Below, piece by piece: positions 1-7,546 of a stretch of 28,603 nucleotides of DNA. Source of the DNA: a virus (lineage: Duplodnaviria > Caudoviricetes); IMG/VR virus record IMGVR_UViG_3300011334_000063, positions 1-28,603 of that record; one strand, 5' to 3'. The notes under the pieces were generated by a model. That model made no database searches and was not told the origin of the DNA. It saw only the letters and a program-made list of their open reading frames with translations. Every line of letters begins with the position of its first letter. The first letter of the stretch is position 1. The position numbers and the translations under genes were made by a program.

Positions 1-71
1 AGAAAGCAAAAGTATAGTTTCCTGATTCGTTCTGCTGGTGTATGCTAAATTGGTGTCAATATATGCAAAAG

Positions 72-101
72 TAGAGTCAACCTATACTATACTTGACTCT
101 A
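72..101. repeat. 9-bp inverted repeat TAGAGTCAA-N12-TTGACTCTA, each arm containing a GANTC site
   Basis: Read directly: arms 72-80 and 93-101. Confidence 0.6.
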
Positions 102-162
102 GCCCAGCCGCCCTGTTTTTTGCGAACGCAGCCGATTCGGCCTGCCCCTAGGTAGTGCTAAT

Positions 163-177
163 TTAAAATTATATTAA
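163..177. promoter_or_regulatory. CtrA-box-like motif TTAA-N7-TTAA
   Basis: TTAA aattata TTAA, intergenic, adjacent to CGATTCG (180-186). Matches the alphaproteobacterial CtrA consensus; function inferred. Confidence 0.45.
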
Positions 178-213
178 GCCGATTCGTTGCCATTGTAAAG
201 CGGAATCTTTCCA

Positions 214-280
214 GCCCTGATAGTCTGGCCGATAGCCCTGCCCTGATAGTCTGGCCGATAGTCTGCCCTGATAGTCTGGC
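214..280 (+). repeat. Tandem repeat, 25-26 bp unit GCCCTGATAGTCTGGCCGATAG(YC)CT, about 2.6 copies
   Basis: Units start at 214, 240 and 265 (third truncated). Confidence 0.9.
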
Positions 281-314
281 GCGCAAAATTCTTTGCTGGC
301 AACAAAAATAAGGC

Positions 315-342
315 TTGCGGATTCTGGCGGGGGCTTTATAAA
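315..342 (+). promoter_or_regulatory. Putative sigma70-type early promoter TTGCGG-N16-TATAAA
   Basis: Lies about 35 nt upstream of the first ORF of the small-gene operon; GANTC sites at 320 and 344. Confidence 0.5.
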
Positions 343-378
343 CGAATCAAGGAAGCACCAAAACAAGGAATCAACGTC

Positions 379-573
379 ATGACACTGGAAAAGTTTATGT
401 CTCACAATCCGACTCTGTTAATGACAATTTGCGACTTTAACCTGTGGGAACATCCTTTGCGCGGCGATGAAGCCCCAATTTATATGACAACATTAGATGG
501 ACGTTTAATAAACACGGGCTTTTATGATTTGGGCGACTTTGATCTTGCCCTTTGCATTGAGCTTTCTGCATAA
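379..573 (+). CDS. Small hypothetical early protein (64 aa)
   Basis: ORF with SD AAGGA; first of a tightly packed co-directional series. Confidence 0.75.
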   Translation: MTLEKFMSHNPTLLMTICDFNLWEHPLRGDEAPIYMTTLDGRLINTGFYDLGDFDLALCIELSA

Positions 574-606
574 CTAACAATCAACCAAACAACGAGGAAT
601 CAAAAT

Positions 607-762
607 ATGACAATCGCAATTTATGGCCTAGCAATCGAAAAGCCCCATTCAGTCCAAGCCTTGCCGCTTGCCCCTATGACATTAGCGCAAGCCGAATCCG
701 CTCGCGATAAGTTAGCCTTTTGGGGCAAAACTGTTTTAGTTATCAATTTGCAAGCGCAATAA
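607..762 (+). CDS. Small hypothetical protein, 51 aa (MTIAIYGLAIEKPH...INLQAQ)
   Basis: Translated by hand; SD GAGGA; stop abuts the SD of the next gene. Confidence 0.7.
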   Translation: MTIAIYGLAIEKPHSVQALPLAPMTLAQAESARDKLAFWGKTVLVINLQAQ

Positions 763-775
763 AGGAATCCTTATT

Positions 776-1528
776 ATGTCAAAAAATCTAACGCATATTA
801 TATACGAAGGCCCAAGTTTGATTGATGGGCAACCAATCGTTGTTTTGTTTCAATCTGGCAGCACAAACCGAAAAACTGGCAATATGGCGCAAACATATAT
901 CCTTCACGCTGATATCGATCCCATAACGGCATCACGCACTGGCAAGGATTCGGCAATCTGCGGCGATTGCATACATCGCGGGCAAGCGCATGACGGGGAA
1001 ACAGGACAGGCAAAGAATCGTTCTTGCTATGTTACGTTAGCGCATGGCCCATTGGGAAAGTTTAAAGCATATAAATCGGGAAAGTACCCTTGCGAGTCGG
1101 GCAATGCTAATCTTGCGGCGCTTGGCGCGGGTCAAATTGTCCGCCTAGGAACCTATGGCGATCCTGCCGCCGTTCCTAGTTATATTTGGTCAAGTTTACT
1201 GTTAGACGCTGCAGGGCATACAGCATACACACACGGCGCGGTGAATCCTATGCCGCAACAAATCATGACAAGCGCAGATAGCTTGCCGCAAGCACAATCA
1301 GCTTGGCAACGCGGGGAAAGAACCTTTCGCGTCATCGCTGACTTAGCGCATATCACGAAACAAGAGGTATTGTGTCCCGCCAGTGAAGAGGCAGGCAAAA
1401 GGTCTACTTGCGAATCCTGCAAACTTTGCGCGGGCGCATCGGTAAAGGCCAAATCAGTCGCCATTGTAGCGCATGGCACAAGTAAACGAGCGGCGCTATC
1501 AAATATCAATAAACTAGAAGGGGTTTAA
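776..1528 (+). CDS. Cys-rich phage protein, GP88-like / radical-SAM-related metal-binding protein
   Basis: SxNxKTG, CGDC...SCY, RLGTYGDP and CPA...TCESCKLC motifs; SD AAGGA. Family assignment from recall only. Confidence 0.55.
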   Translation: MSKNLTHIIYEGPSLIDGQPIVVLFQSGSTNRKTGNMAQTYILHADIDPITASRTGKDSAICGDCIHRGQAHDGETGQAKNRSCYVTLAHGPLGKFKAYKSGKYPCESGNANLAALGAGQIVRLGTYGDPAAVPSYIWSSLLLDAAGHTAYTHGAVNPMPQQIMTSADSLPQAQSAWQRGERTFRVIADLAHITKQEVLCPASEEAGKRSTCESCKLCAGASVKAKSVAIVAHGTSKRAALSNINKLEGV

Positions 1529-1531
1529 GAT

Positions 1532-1672
1532 ATGGTACGCATCTACAGGAATTTTACTATTCAACGCGCGTTGCAAGGGGGGTGGATTGTTACGTATAAA
1601 GACAGTTCGCATAGTATTCATAGGACTCTACAAGGCGCGCGCGATGCAATTGACAGGGCAATAGGGATCTAA
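1532..1672 (+). CDS. Small hypothetical protein, 46 aa (MVRIYRNFTIQRALQGGW...)
   Basis: Translated by hand; starts 3 nt after the upstream stop; SD GGGG. Confidence 0.65.
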   Translation: MVRIYRNFTIQRALQGGWIVTYKDSSHSIHRTLQGARDAIDRAIGI

Positions 1673-1674
1673 TC

Positions 1675-1842
1675 ATGGAAAAGAAATACCACGTTATTTT
1701 GACCGACGAACTTGGCGAAGAGTTTAGCGTTGAATTGATAGCGTCAGATATGCAAGCCGCTTGCGATATGATCAAAGCAGAATATACCGAATCCAGCATT
1801 GCCAGTATCCGCGAATTGAAACCTTACAATAGGGAATATTGA
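1675..1842 (+). CDS. Small acidic hypothetical protein, 55 aa (MEKKYHVILTDELGEEFSVE...)
   Basis: Translated by hand; 2-nt gap after the upstream stop; SD AGGGA. Confidence 0.7.
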   Translation: MEKKYHVILTDELGEEFSVELIASDMQAACDMIKAEYTESSIASIRELKPYNREY

Positions 1843-1844
1843 TC

Positions 1845-2012
1845 ATGATTTACGAAACAACCCGTCACGCAACCAAATCTGAGGCAATGGCCTATGGCGA
1901 AGCTTTCAATGCAAACTGGGGCTTTGGTTATGGGCCTAGCTATCAAGTCTATAAAGACAATATGACGGGCGATTGGGTATGTTACACCACCCGCTATTCT
2001 TCTTGCGATTGA
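1845..2012 (+). CDS. Small hypothetical protein, 55 aa (MIYETTRHATKSEAMAYG...)
   Basis: Translated by hand; 2-nt gap after the upstream stop; SD AGGGA. Confidence 0.7.
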   Translation: MIYETTRHATKSEAMAYGEAFNANWGFGYGPSYQVYKDNMTGDWVCYTTRYSSCD

Positions 2013-2024
2013 AGGGACAGACCT

Positions 2025-2108
2025 ATGCGATACCTTAACCATGCCTTGGATATTGTCGGTTTTGTTGCCCTATTCTATGCTATCTTCTATATAGCTATGG
2101 CGCTATAG
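2025..2108 (+). CDS. 27-aa single-pass membrane peptide (MRYLNHALDIVGFVALFYAIFYIAMAL)
   Basis: SD AAGGGA, hydrophobic stretch, last ORF before the terminator. Confidence 0.55.
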   Translation: MRYLNHALDIVGFVALFYAIFYIAMAL

Positions 2109-2136
2109 GAACGCCGTTAAGTAAGCCCTAGCATTG

Positions 2137-2166
2137 GCCCTGTGGGTATCACGCCCGCAGGGTTTT
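2137..2166 (+). terminator. Rho-independent terminator of the early operon
   Basis: Stem CCCTGTGGGT/GCCCGCAGGG with G-U pairs, followed by TTTT. Confidence 0.7.
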
Positions 2167-2222
2167 CGTCTATGCAATGGGGCTTGCAATGGCGCTGTGA
2201 CAATGGGGTGTTTTGATACCTC

Positions 2223-2235
2223 AATCAATAGGTTA
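2223..2235 (+). promoter_or_regulatory. IHF consensus site (AATCAATAGGTTA)
   Basis: Perfect match to WATCAANNNNTTR. Confidence 0.45.
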
Positions 2236-2770
2236 ACTGTAGATCAATGCCCTAGTCAAAGCGTTATGTTATAACATTGCAGGATTGCGAATCAGATCGA
2301 GTGGGCAGGGCGCAGCCTTATCCTTTGTCAAGTATTTTCTTTCGTTCTGCATCATTTTATTTGATATCGCCCCTATTCTGTGACATTTACGCAACACTAA
2401 TACTTGTTGCCCATAGTTTTGTTACATTCGATCACATTTTCGTGAGTTATTGTAACATTCGCACAATTCGCTTGACATAGGCGGTCGCATATGCATCGTG
2501 GGACCCCTATTTTATGGCGGGTGATTCGGTGGGGTCTGGGTTTGCACCTATGAATCCAAAACAAAAAAAAGAAAATGGGAATGACACAACCACTAGAGGA
2601 ATACCATTGAATATCCACACGTGAGCAAGAATGGTTACACTGGGCAACGTATCATACCTCTGCAACAACACATCAGAACTACTCACAAGCATAAGAGTAC
2701 TTAAGATTGTAACTTAAAGTTGTTCTGTAACACTCTGTAACAAAAAGTGATCAAACTTTCTTTCCTTATA

Positions 2771-2783
2771 TATCAATAACTTG
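2771..2783 (+). promoter_or_regulatory. IHF consensus site (TATCAATAACTTG)
   Basis: Perfect match to WATCAANNNNTTR with an upstream A/T tract; upstream of terS. Confidence 0.55.
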
Positions 2784-3195
2784 TAAAATAGTTGTCATTT
2801 AGTATGTCTAAGATTTCTCAAAATGAACTTATATATAAGTAGGGGTAGGGGTAAACGTAAGTTTCCTACTATAGCTTCTAATCATATTTTGTATTATACA
2901 GATATTGATTAAAAAATCTTAAGTATCAAACTTAAGTATAGCTTGACTATAGCCAACCAAGACATACGCCTTCAATCAATATACATTATTGGGTATGAGG
3001 TCTTGCTGATGGTTACAAGTCCATAAGCTCTGAAGCTGAACTACCCACTTCAAATTATGTTGCCAGATAGGTAAGCGTACTTGCGCTACCCACTTAAGTT
3101 ACAATGTTGATACACTAACCCTGTTATCGACTAATACTGTACTATTATTGTTGCCTACACTAAGTAGTGCCTAGTCCGAAGGACGGAGAGAGCGT

Positions 3196-3588
3196 ATGCC
3201 AGCAAAACTACCTTATAGTAAACTAGTAGAGAAACACATCCTAGAGTGCATCAAAGGTGGCATTAGCATTCGTCAAATGATAGCCTCTATGCAACACCTA
3301 CAAGATGCCCCTAAGTCTCTTTCCACCATGTATCAAACGTATGGTAATTTTATTGAAGCTGAAAGAGCCAAGATCAATGGTGCTGTTGGTAAGAAAGTTA
3401 TTGACCAAGCATTAGAAGGTGACTTCAAGTCCCAAGAATTGTTCCTTCGTTCCAAAGGTGGTTGGTCGGTTTCCAGCACCAACGTCGAAGTTGAGCAGGA
3501 CATTGATCCAGATGTCGATGAAAGTGCCGTTGATACCCTTATGGCCCTGCTAGGTAAAACCACAGAGGACAAAGATGAGGACGTGTAA
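3196..3588 (+). CDS. terS: Terminase small subunit
   Basis: Position before terL; N-terminal HTH-like region, FLRSKGGW motif, acidic tail; SD GGAG. Confidence 0.75.
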   Translation: MPAKLPYSKLVEKHILECIKGGISIRQMIASMQHLQDAPKSLSTMYQTYGNFIEAERAKINGAVGKKVIDQALEGDFKSQELFLRSKGGWSVSSTNVEVEQDIDPDVDESAVDTLMALLGKTTEDKDEDV

Positions 3589-4087
3589 GAACCATACATG
3601 CGGGGTTGACATCTCACACAAGAAGTCTCACGCACAGTACTGTTCCCGTTCCTGCAAGGATGTTGAATCTAGTCGTAGAAACTACGAACAGAAAGAGTCT
3701 AGGCGCAAAGAGTGGCGAGTGGAAAACCCGGAAAAGGTGCGTCTGTACAAAAAGAAGACTAAAGAGCGTTTTGGAGCAGCCTACAACGCAAAGCGCAGAG
3801 TTTCCAAGACAAGTGCTACTCACGACACTGCAACAACAAAATCTCTGTCCTCCTTAGCGTCACGCATAAACAAACTTACAAAAAGTGAGTTACAGCTTGA
3901 CCATATTGAGCCTGTCGTCCACAAAGATATTTGCGGATTAAATTCAGCGGCCAATTTGCAGCTTCTTGATGCTAAAATAAACAGAGTTAAAAGCAATCGC
4001 AGGGATTACCAAACACCCTTGGAAAAACTTCATGCCAGCACAAACTCGACAAATCACCGCAGATACCCTCAGACAACTTCCAGCTAA
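3575..4087 (+). CDS. Free-standing HNH endonuclease
   Basis: N-terminal C..C / YCSxxC zinc motif; LDHIEP...CGLN..ANLQLL...N..KSN HNH core; overlaps terS and terL. Confidence 0.85.
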   Translation: MRTCKNHTCGVDISHKKSHAQYCSRSCKDVESSRRNYEQKESRRKEWRVENPEKVRLYKKKTKERFGAAYNAKRRVSKTSATHDTATTKSLSSLASRINKLTKSELQLDHIEPVVHKDICGLNSAANLQLLDAKINRVKSNRRDYQTPLEKLHASTNSTNHRRYPQTTSS

Positions 4088-5465
4088 CAAAGTAAAAGAA
4101 CTCTTTGAGGCTCTAGGTCCACAGAAGACAGAAGAACTCAAGCACGACTGGAACTTCTGGGCCAGAGATGAACAACTGGAACCAGAAGGTGATTGGTGGA
4201 ATATCTGGCTGATTAACGCAGGGCGTGGTTTTGGTAAGACCCGCGCAGGTTCTGAGTGGGTAAGGGAACAAGTTAAGCGTGGGGCAAAGCGTATAGCTAT
4301 TGTTACTCGTACTAACGCTGACCATGAAAAAACTGTAGTTTATGGTGAGTCTGGCCTACTAAGCATTTGCTGGGAAGGTGATAAGACATATCGTGGTAAG
4401 AAAATTGGTATGCCAGTTTGGTCCCCAACTAAGAAGACACTAAGGTGGGAAAACGGCGCAACTGCGTATTTCTTCTCTGCGGAAGAACCTGACAACCTCC
4501 GTGGACCACAGTTTCATGTAGCTTGGTGTGATGAACTTGCGGCTTGGAAAAACCAGCAAATGACTTGGGACATGCTCAAGATGGCTGTTCGTCTTCCTTG
4601 GGCAGGTAAGAACAGATACTGCGTCACAACTACACCACAGCCGACTAAACTTATCAGGGAACTTGTCCAGTTATCCAAGGGTAGGGTTTTGCCTGACGGT
4701 ACTAAGATAGAACCAAACGTTAAGATAACCTCTGGTTCTACTTTTGATAACTCTGCTAACCTTACTCCAGAGTTTATTAAAGACCTTCGCGCCACATATG
4801 AAGGCACTCGCATGGGTCGTCAAGAACTCTATGCAGAGATTATGGAAGAAGCACAAGGTGCACTCTGGACGACAGACATGCTGGATAACTGTTCAGTTAA
4901 GCATGAAGACCTTCCCGACTTTACCAGAATTGTTGTTGCACTAGACCCTGCTGTTACCTCTAACGCTGAGAGTGACATGACGGGTATTATTGTTGCTGCA
5001 CTAGATGTGAATGGTATTGCCTATGTTCTAGGTGATTACACAGATCGTCTATCCCCTCAAGGTTGGGCTTCTAAGGCTGTCGAACTCTACCACCGCTATG
5101 GTGCAGATAGGATCGTAGCTGAAAAGAACCAAGGCGGGGATATGGTTAGAACAACTCTTGAAGGTGAAGATGAAACAGTTCCTATTAAACTCGTACACGC
5201 TTCTCGTGGTAAATATGCCCGCGCTGAACCTATATCTGCCCTATACGAGCGTAATCTTGTCAAGCATGTTGCAAACCCACCTGATGGGGCCAGCTTAAGC
5301 GAACTTGAAACACAAATGCGAACATGGGAACCACTGGGTTCTGTAGGTTCTCCTGATAGACTTGATGCCCTTGTGTGGGCCTTAACTGAATTGTCATTGA
5401 ATGGCTACAGTAAACCAAAACTCGCCCTTGTTTACAGCAATTCCAAGGGTCTCCTTAATAAATAA
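4032..5465 (+). CDS. terL: Terminase large subunit
   Basis: Walker A AGRGFGKT, Walker B AWCDE, TTTP motif III, RNase H-like nuclease (ALDPA, SD, PDRLDA). Confidence 0.97.
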   Translation: MPAQTRQITADTLRQLPANKVKELFEALGPQKTEELKHDWNFWARDEQLEPEGDWWNIWLINAGRGFGKTRAGSEWVREQVKRGAKRIAIVTRTNADHEKTVVYGESGLLSICWEGDKTYRGKKIGMPVWSPTKKTLRWENGATAYFFSAEEPDNLRGPQFHVAWCDELAAWKNQQMTWDMLKMAVRLPWAGKNRYCVTTTPQPTKLIRELVQLSKGRVLPDGTKIEPNVKITSGSTFDNSANLTPEFIKDLRATYEGTRMGRQELYAEIMEEAQGALWTTDMLDNCSVKHEDLPDFTRIVVALDPAVTSNAESDMTGIIVAALDVNGIAYVLGDYTDRLSPQGWASKAVELYHRYGADRIVAEKNQGGDMVRTTLEGEDETVPIKLVHASRGKYARAEPISALYERNLVKHVANPPDGASLSELETQMRTWEPLGSVGSPDRLDALVWALTELSLNGYSKPKLALVYSNSKGLLNK

Positions 5466-5484
5466 ATAATGGAAACCTTTAGTC

Positions 5485-6819
5485 ATGGTTAAGAACCTTT
5501 CAGAAACAGAGGCCAAAGTAACTCTTGGGGTCTCTGGTGATAACACTCGTAATGGCCAGATTAGGGCTGACGAGTTTCTCCCAGAACTACGTGGTAGGAA
5601 AGCTGTCCGTAAGTATCGTGAGATGCGAGACAATGATAGCACTATTGGCGCTGTTATGTACGCTGTGGAACAAATCCTACGCGATGTGAACCTAGATGTT
5701 AAGCCAGCTAATGATACCCCTGAAGCTAAAGCTGAAGCTGAGTTTGTTAAAAGTGTCTTGCATGACATGGATCACTCTCTAGACGACCATGTTGCCGAAG
5801 CTCTGTCTTTCTTGTCCTATGGCTTTGCTTGGTTCGAAGTTACCTATAAGCGCCGTGTTGGGCCTAATGAGCGTCTTGACAAAAAGCGTTCCAAGTACAG
5901 CGATGGTCGTTTGGGTGTTCGTAAGATTGCTTCTCGTGCGCCTTGGACTATTAGCAAGTTTGATATTGACCCAGTTACAGGGGATGTCCTTGGTGTAGAG
6001 CAAAGTGTCTCTCGCATAAATGGTAGCAACTATATCCCTGTAAGCAAGTCTCTCTATTATCGTACAACTAGCCTCAATGGTGATGCTTCTGGTCGTTCCA
6101 TTCTTCGTAACGCTTATACGTCTTACGAGTACTTGAATAACCTACAAGCTATCGAAGCTATCGCAGTAGAACGTGAACTTGCTGGTATTCCAGTTGCTCG
6201 TATTCCTTCTGAGTATCTGTCTACTTCTGCTTCTACTGAACAAGCTGGTTTTGTAAATAATCTGCAAACGATCCTTCGTGACGTTAAGTTTAACGAGCAG
6301 GGTTACATCATTCTGCCCAGTGATACTTATCCTGATAAAGATGGTGCGCCTACTAACATCCGTCTTGTCGATGTAGAACTTATGTCTTCTAACGGAAGCC
6401 GTAATATCGACATTAACCCAATCATTAGCCGTTATCAGCATGACATTGCTCGTTCAGTTCTGTCTGAGTTTTTGTTGCTGGGTACTTCTGGTGGGTCTTA
6501 CGCACTATCAAAGTCTAAGACAGACCTCTTTCTACGCGCCCTTGAGAGTTACATTCAAGCTGTAGTGGACGTTCTCAATAAGCAACTGGTAGAGAGGTTG
6601 TGGAAACTGAATGGTCTAGACTATGCCTTGATGCCAACTATCGTAGCTGGTGACGTTGCTCCCCATGATCTTCGTGAGATTTCTTCCTTCCTTCGTAACC
6701 TTAATGGTGCAGGGATTGACGTTAGTAGCCACCCAGAGGTTATTACCGATCTTATGGGAATTGCTGAAATCGAATATGATCCAGAATTGAAAAGTAATCC
6801 AAATGACAACGTGGACTAG
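5485..6819 (+). CDS. Portal protein
   Basis: 444 aa after terL; GRSILR and GSYAL motifs typical of DUF935/Mu gp29-like portals. Confidence 0.9.
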   Translation: MVKNLSETEAKVTLGVSGDNTRNGQIRADEFLPELRGRKAVRKYREMRDNDSTIGAVMYAVEQILRDVNLDVKPANDTPEAKAEAEFVKSVLHDMDHSLDDHVAEALSFLSYGFAWFEVTYKRRVGPNERLDKKRSKYSDGRLGVRKIASRAPWTISKFDIDPVTGDVLGVEQSVSRINGSNYIPVSKSLYYRTTSLNGDASGRSILRNAYTSYEYLNNLQAIEAIAVERELAGIPVARIPSEYLSTSASTEQAGFVNNLQTILRDVKFNEQGYIILPSDTYPDKDGAPTNIRLVDVELMSSNGSRNIDINPIISRYQHDIARSVLSEFLLLGTSGGSYALSKSKTDLFLRALESYIQAVVDVLNKQLVERLWKLNGLDYALMPTIVAGDVAPHDLREISSFLRNLNGAGIDVSSHPEVITDLMGIAEIEYDPELKSNPNDNVD

Positions 6820-7546
6820 ACACCTATATGAACATAATCCTTTAGCAATAGCTAAGGGAGAAGTCAATGGGTATTCAGTCCTAAACGTATTTGGTTATCA
6901 GCCTGTTGTTGGAACGTCTGACATCTGTGTGTGGGAAGATGCTGCTCCTTATGTGTTTCCCACATCAGCCGTAACTATGACTGTTGTTAGCACAAGTGCA
7001 TCTGATGATACAGGCTTAGGTAAAGTCATTATCTCAGGTCTTGATGCAGATTACAACATCTTGGTGGAAGTTGTTGACCTAGACGGGGTAAATCCTGTTA
7101 CGACCACAAATGCCTTCTTGCGTATCAACAATGTCAGATTGTCTGTTGCAGGTCTGAACCAAGTTACCAACATCGGTACGATCACTGTAAGCCACGCTGG
7201 AGTTACTTACGCTAAGATTTTGCCATCTGTAGGTCAAACGCAGATGTCTCAATATACAGTGCCTAATGGGTATAGCTTCTATTTGACCCGTGTCAATAGC
7301 TATGCTCAGCAAAATGGTGGATCGGGCAACTTCAATACCTACAGTGTTGTTGCCTCAAACTCTGTAAGCTACACTGTGCTGCAATCTCCTTACTTCCAAA
7401 TTTATGAAGCTATGCGAGTTGGCCCATTTAAGTACTCAGAAAAAACTAGCGTTCAATGGCGCTCTCGTACCAACACAAATACTTCAGCAGTTGGCATGGT
7501 TATTGAGGGTTATCTAGTCAAAAACACAATTCAAGGCGAACCATAA
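6803..7546 (+). CDS. Hypothetical beta-rich, probably virion-associated protein
   Basis: 247 aa Thr/Ser/Val-rich ORF overlapping the portal stop and coupled to the next gene (TAATG). Confidence 0.75.
   Translation: MTTWTRHLYEHNPLAIAKGEVNGYSVLNVFGYQPVVGTSDICVWEDAAPYVFPTSAVTMTVVSTSASDDTGLGKVIISGLDADYNILVEVVDLDGVNPVTTTNAFLRINNVRLSVAGLNQVTNIGTITVSHAGVTYAKILPSVGQTQMSQYTVPNGYSFYLTRVNSYAQQNGGSGNFNTYSVVASNSVSYTVLQSPYFQIYEAMRVGPFKYSEKTSVQWRSRTNTNTSAVGMVIEGYLVKNTIQGEP

Noticed and set aside
214-280. Possible mini-CRISPR array
   Set aside because: Repeats are contiguous, with no unique spacers, and no cas genes are present.
2213-2228. FNR/FixK box
   Set aside because: Half-site spacing is TTGAT-N6-ATCAA rather than N4.
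2277-2692. Short ORFs in the non-coding region (2277-2480, 2397-2618, 2507-2692)
   Set aside because: No convincing SD, mutually overlapping, low-complexity products.
4018-4029. CTT GGA AAA ACT (LGKT) as a relic of the terS 3' end after the first HNH
   Set aside because: Only a 4-aa match to terS LLGKT; too short to claim a second replacement event without homologues.
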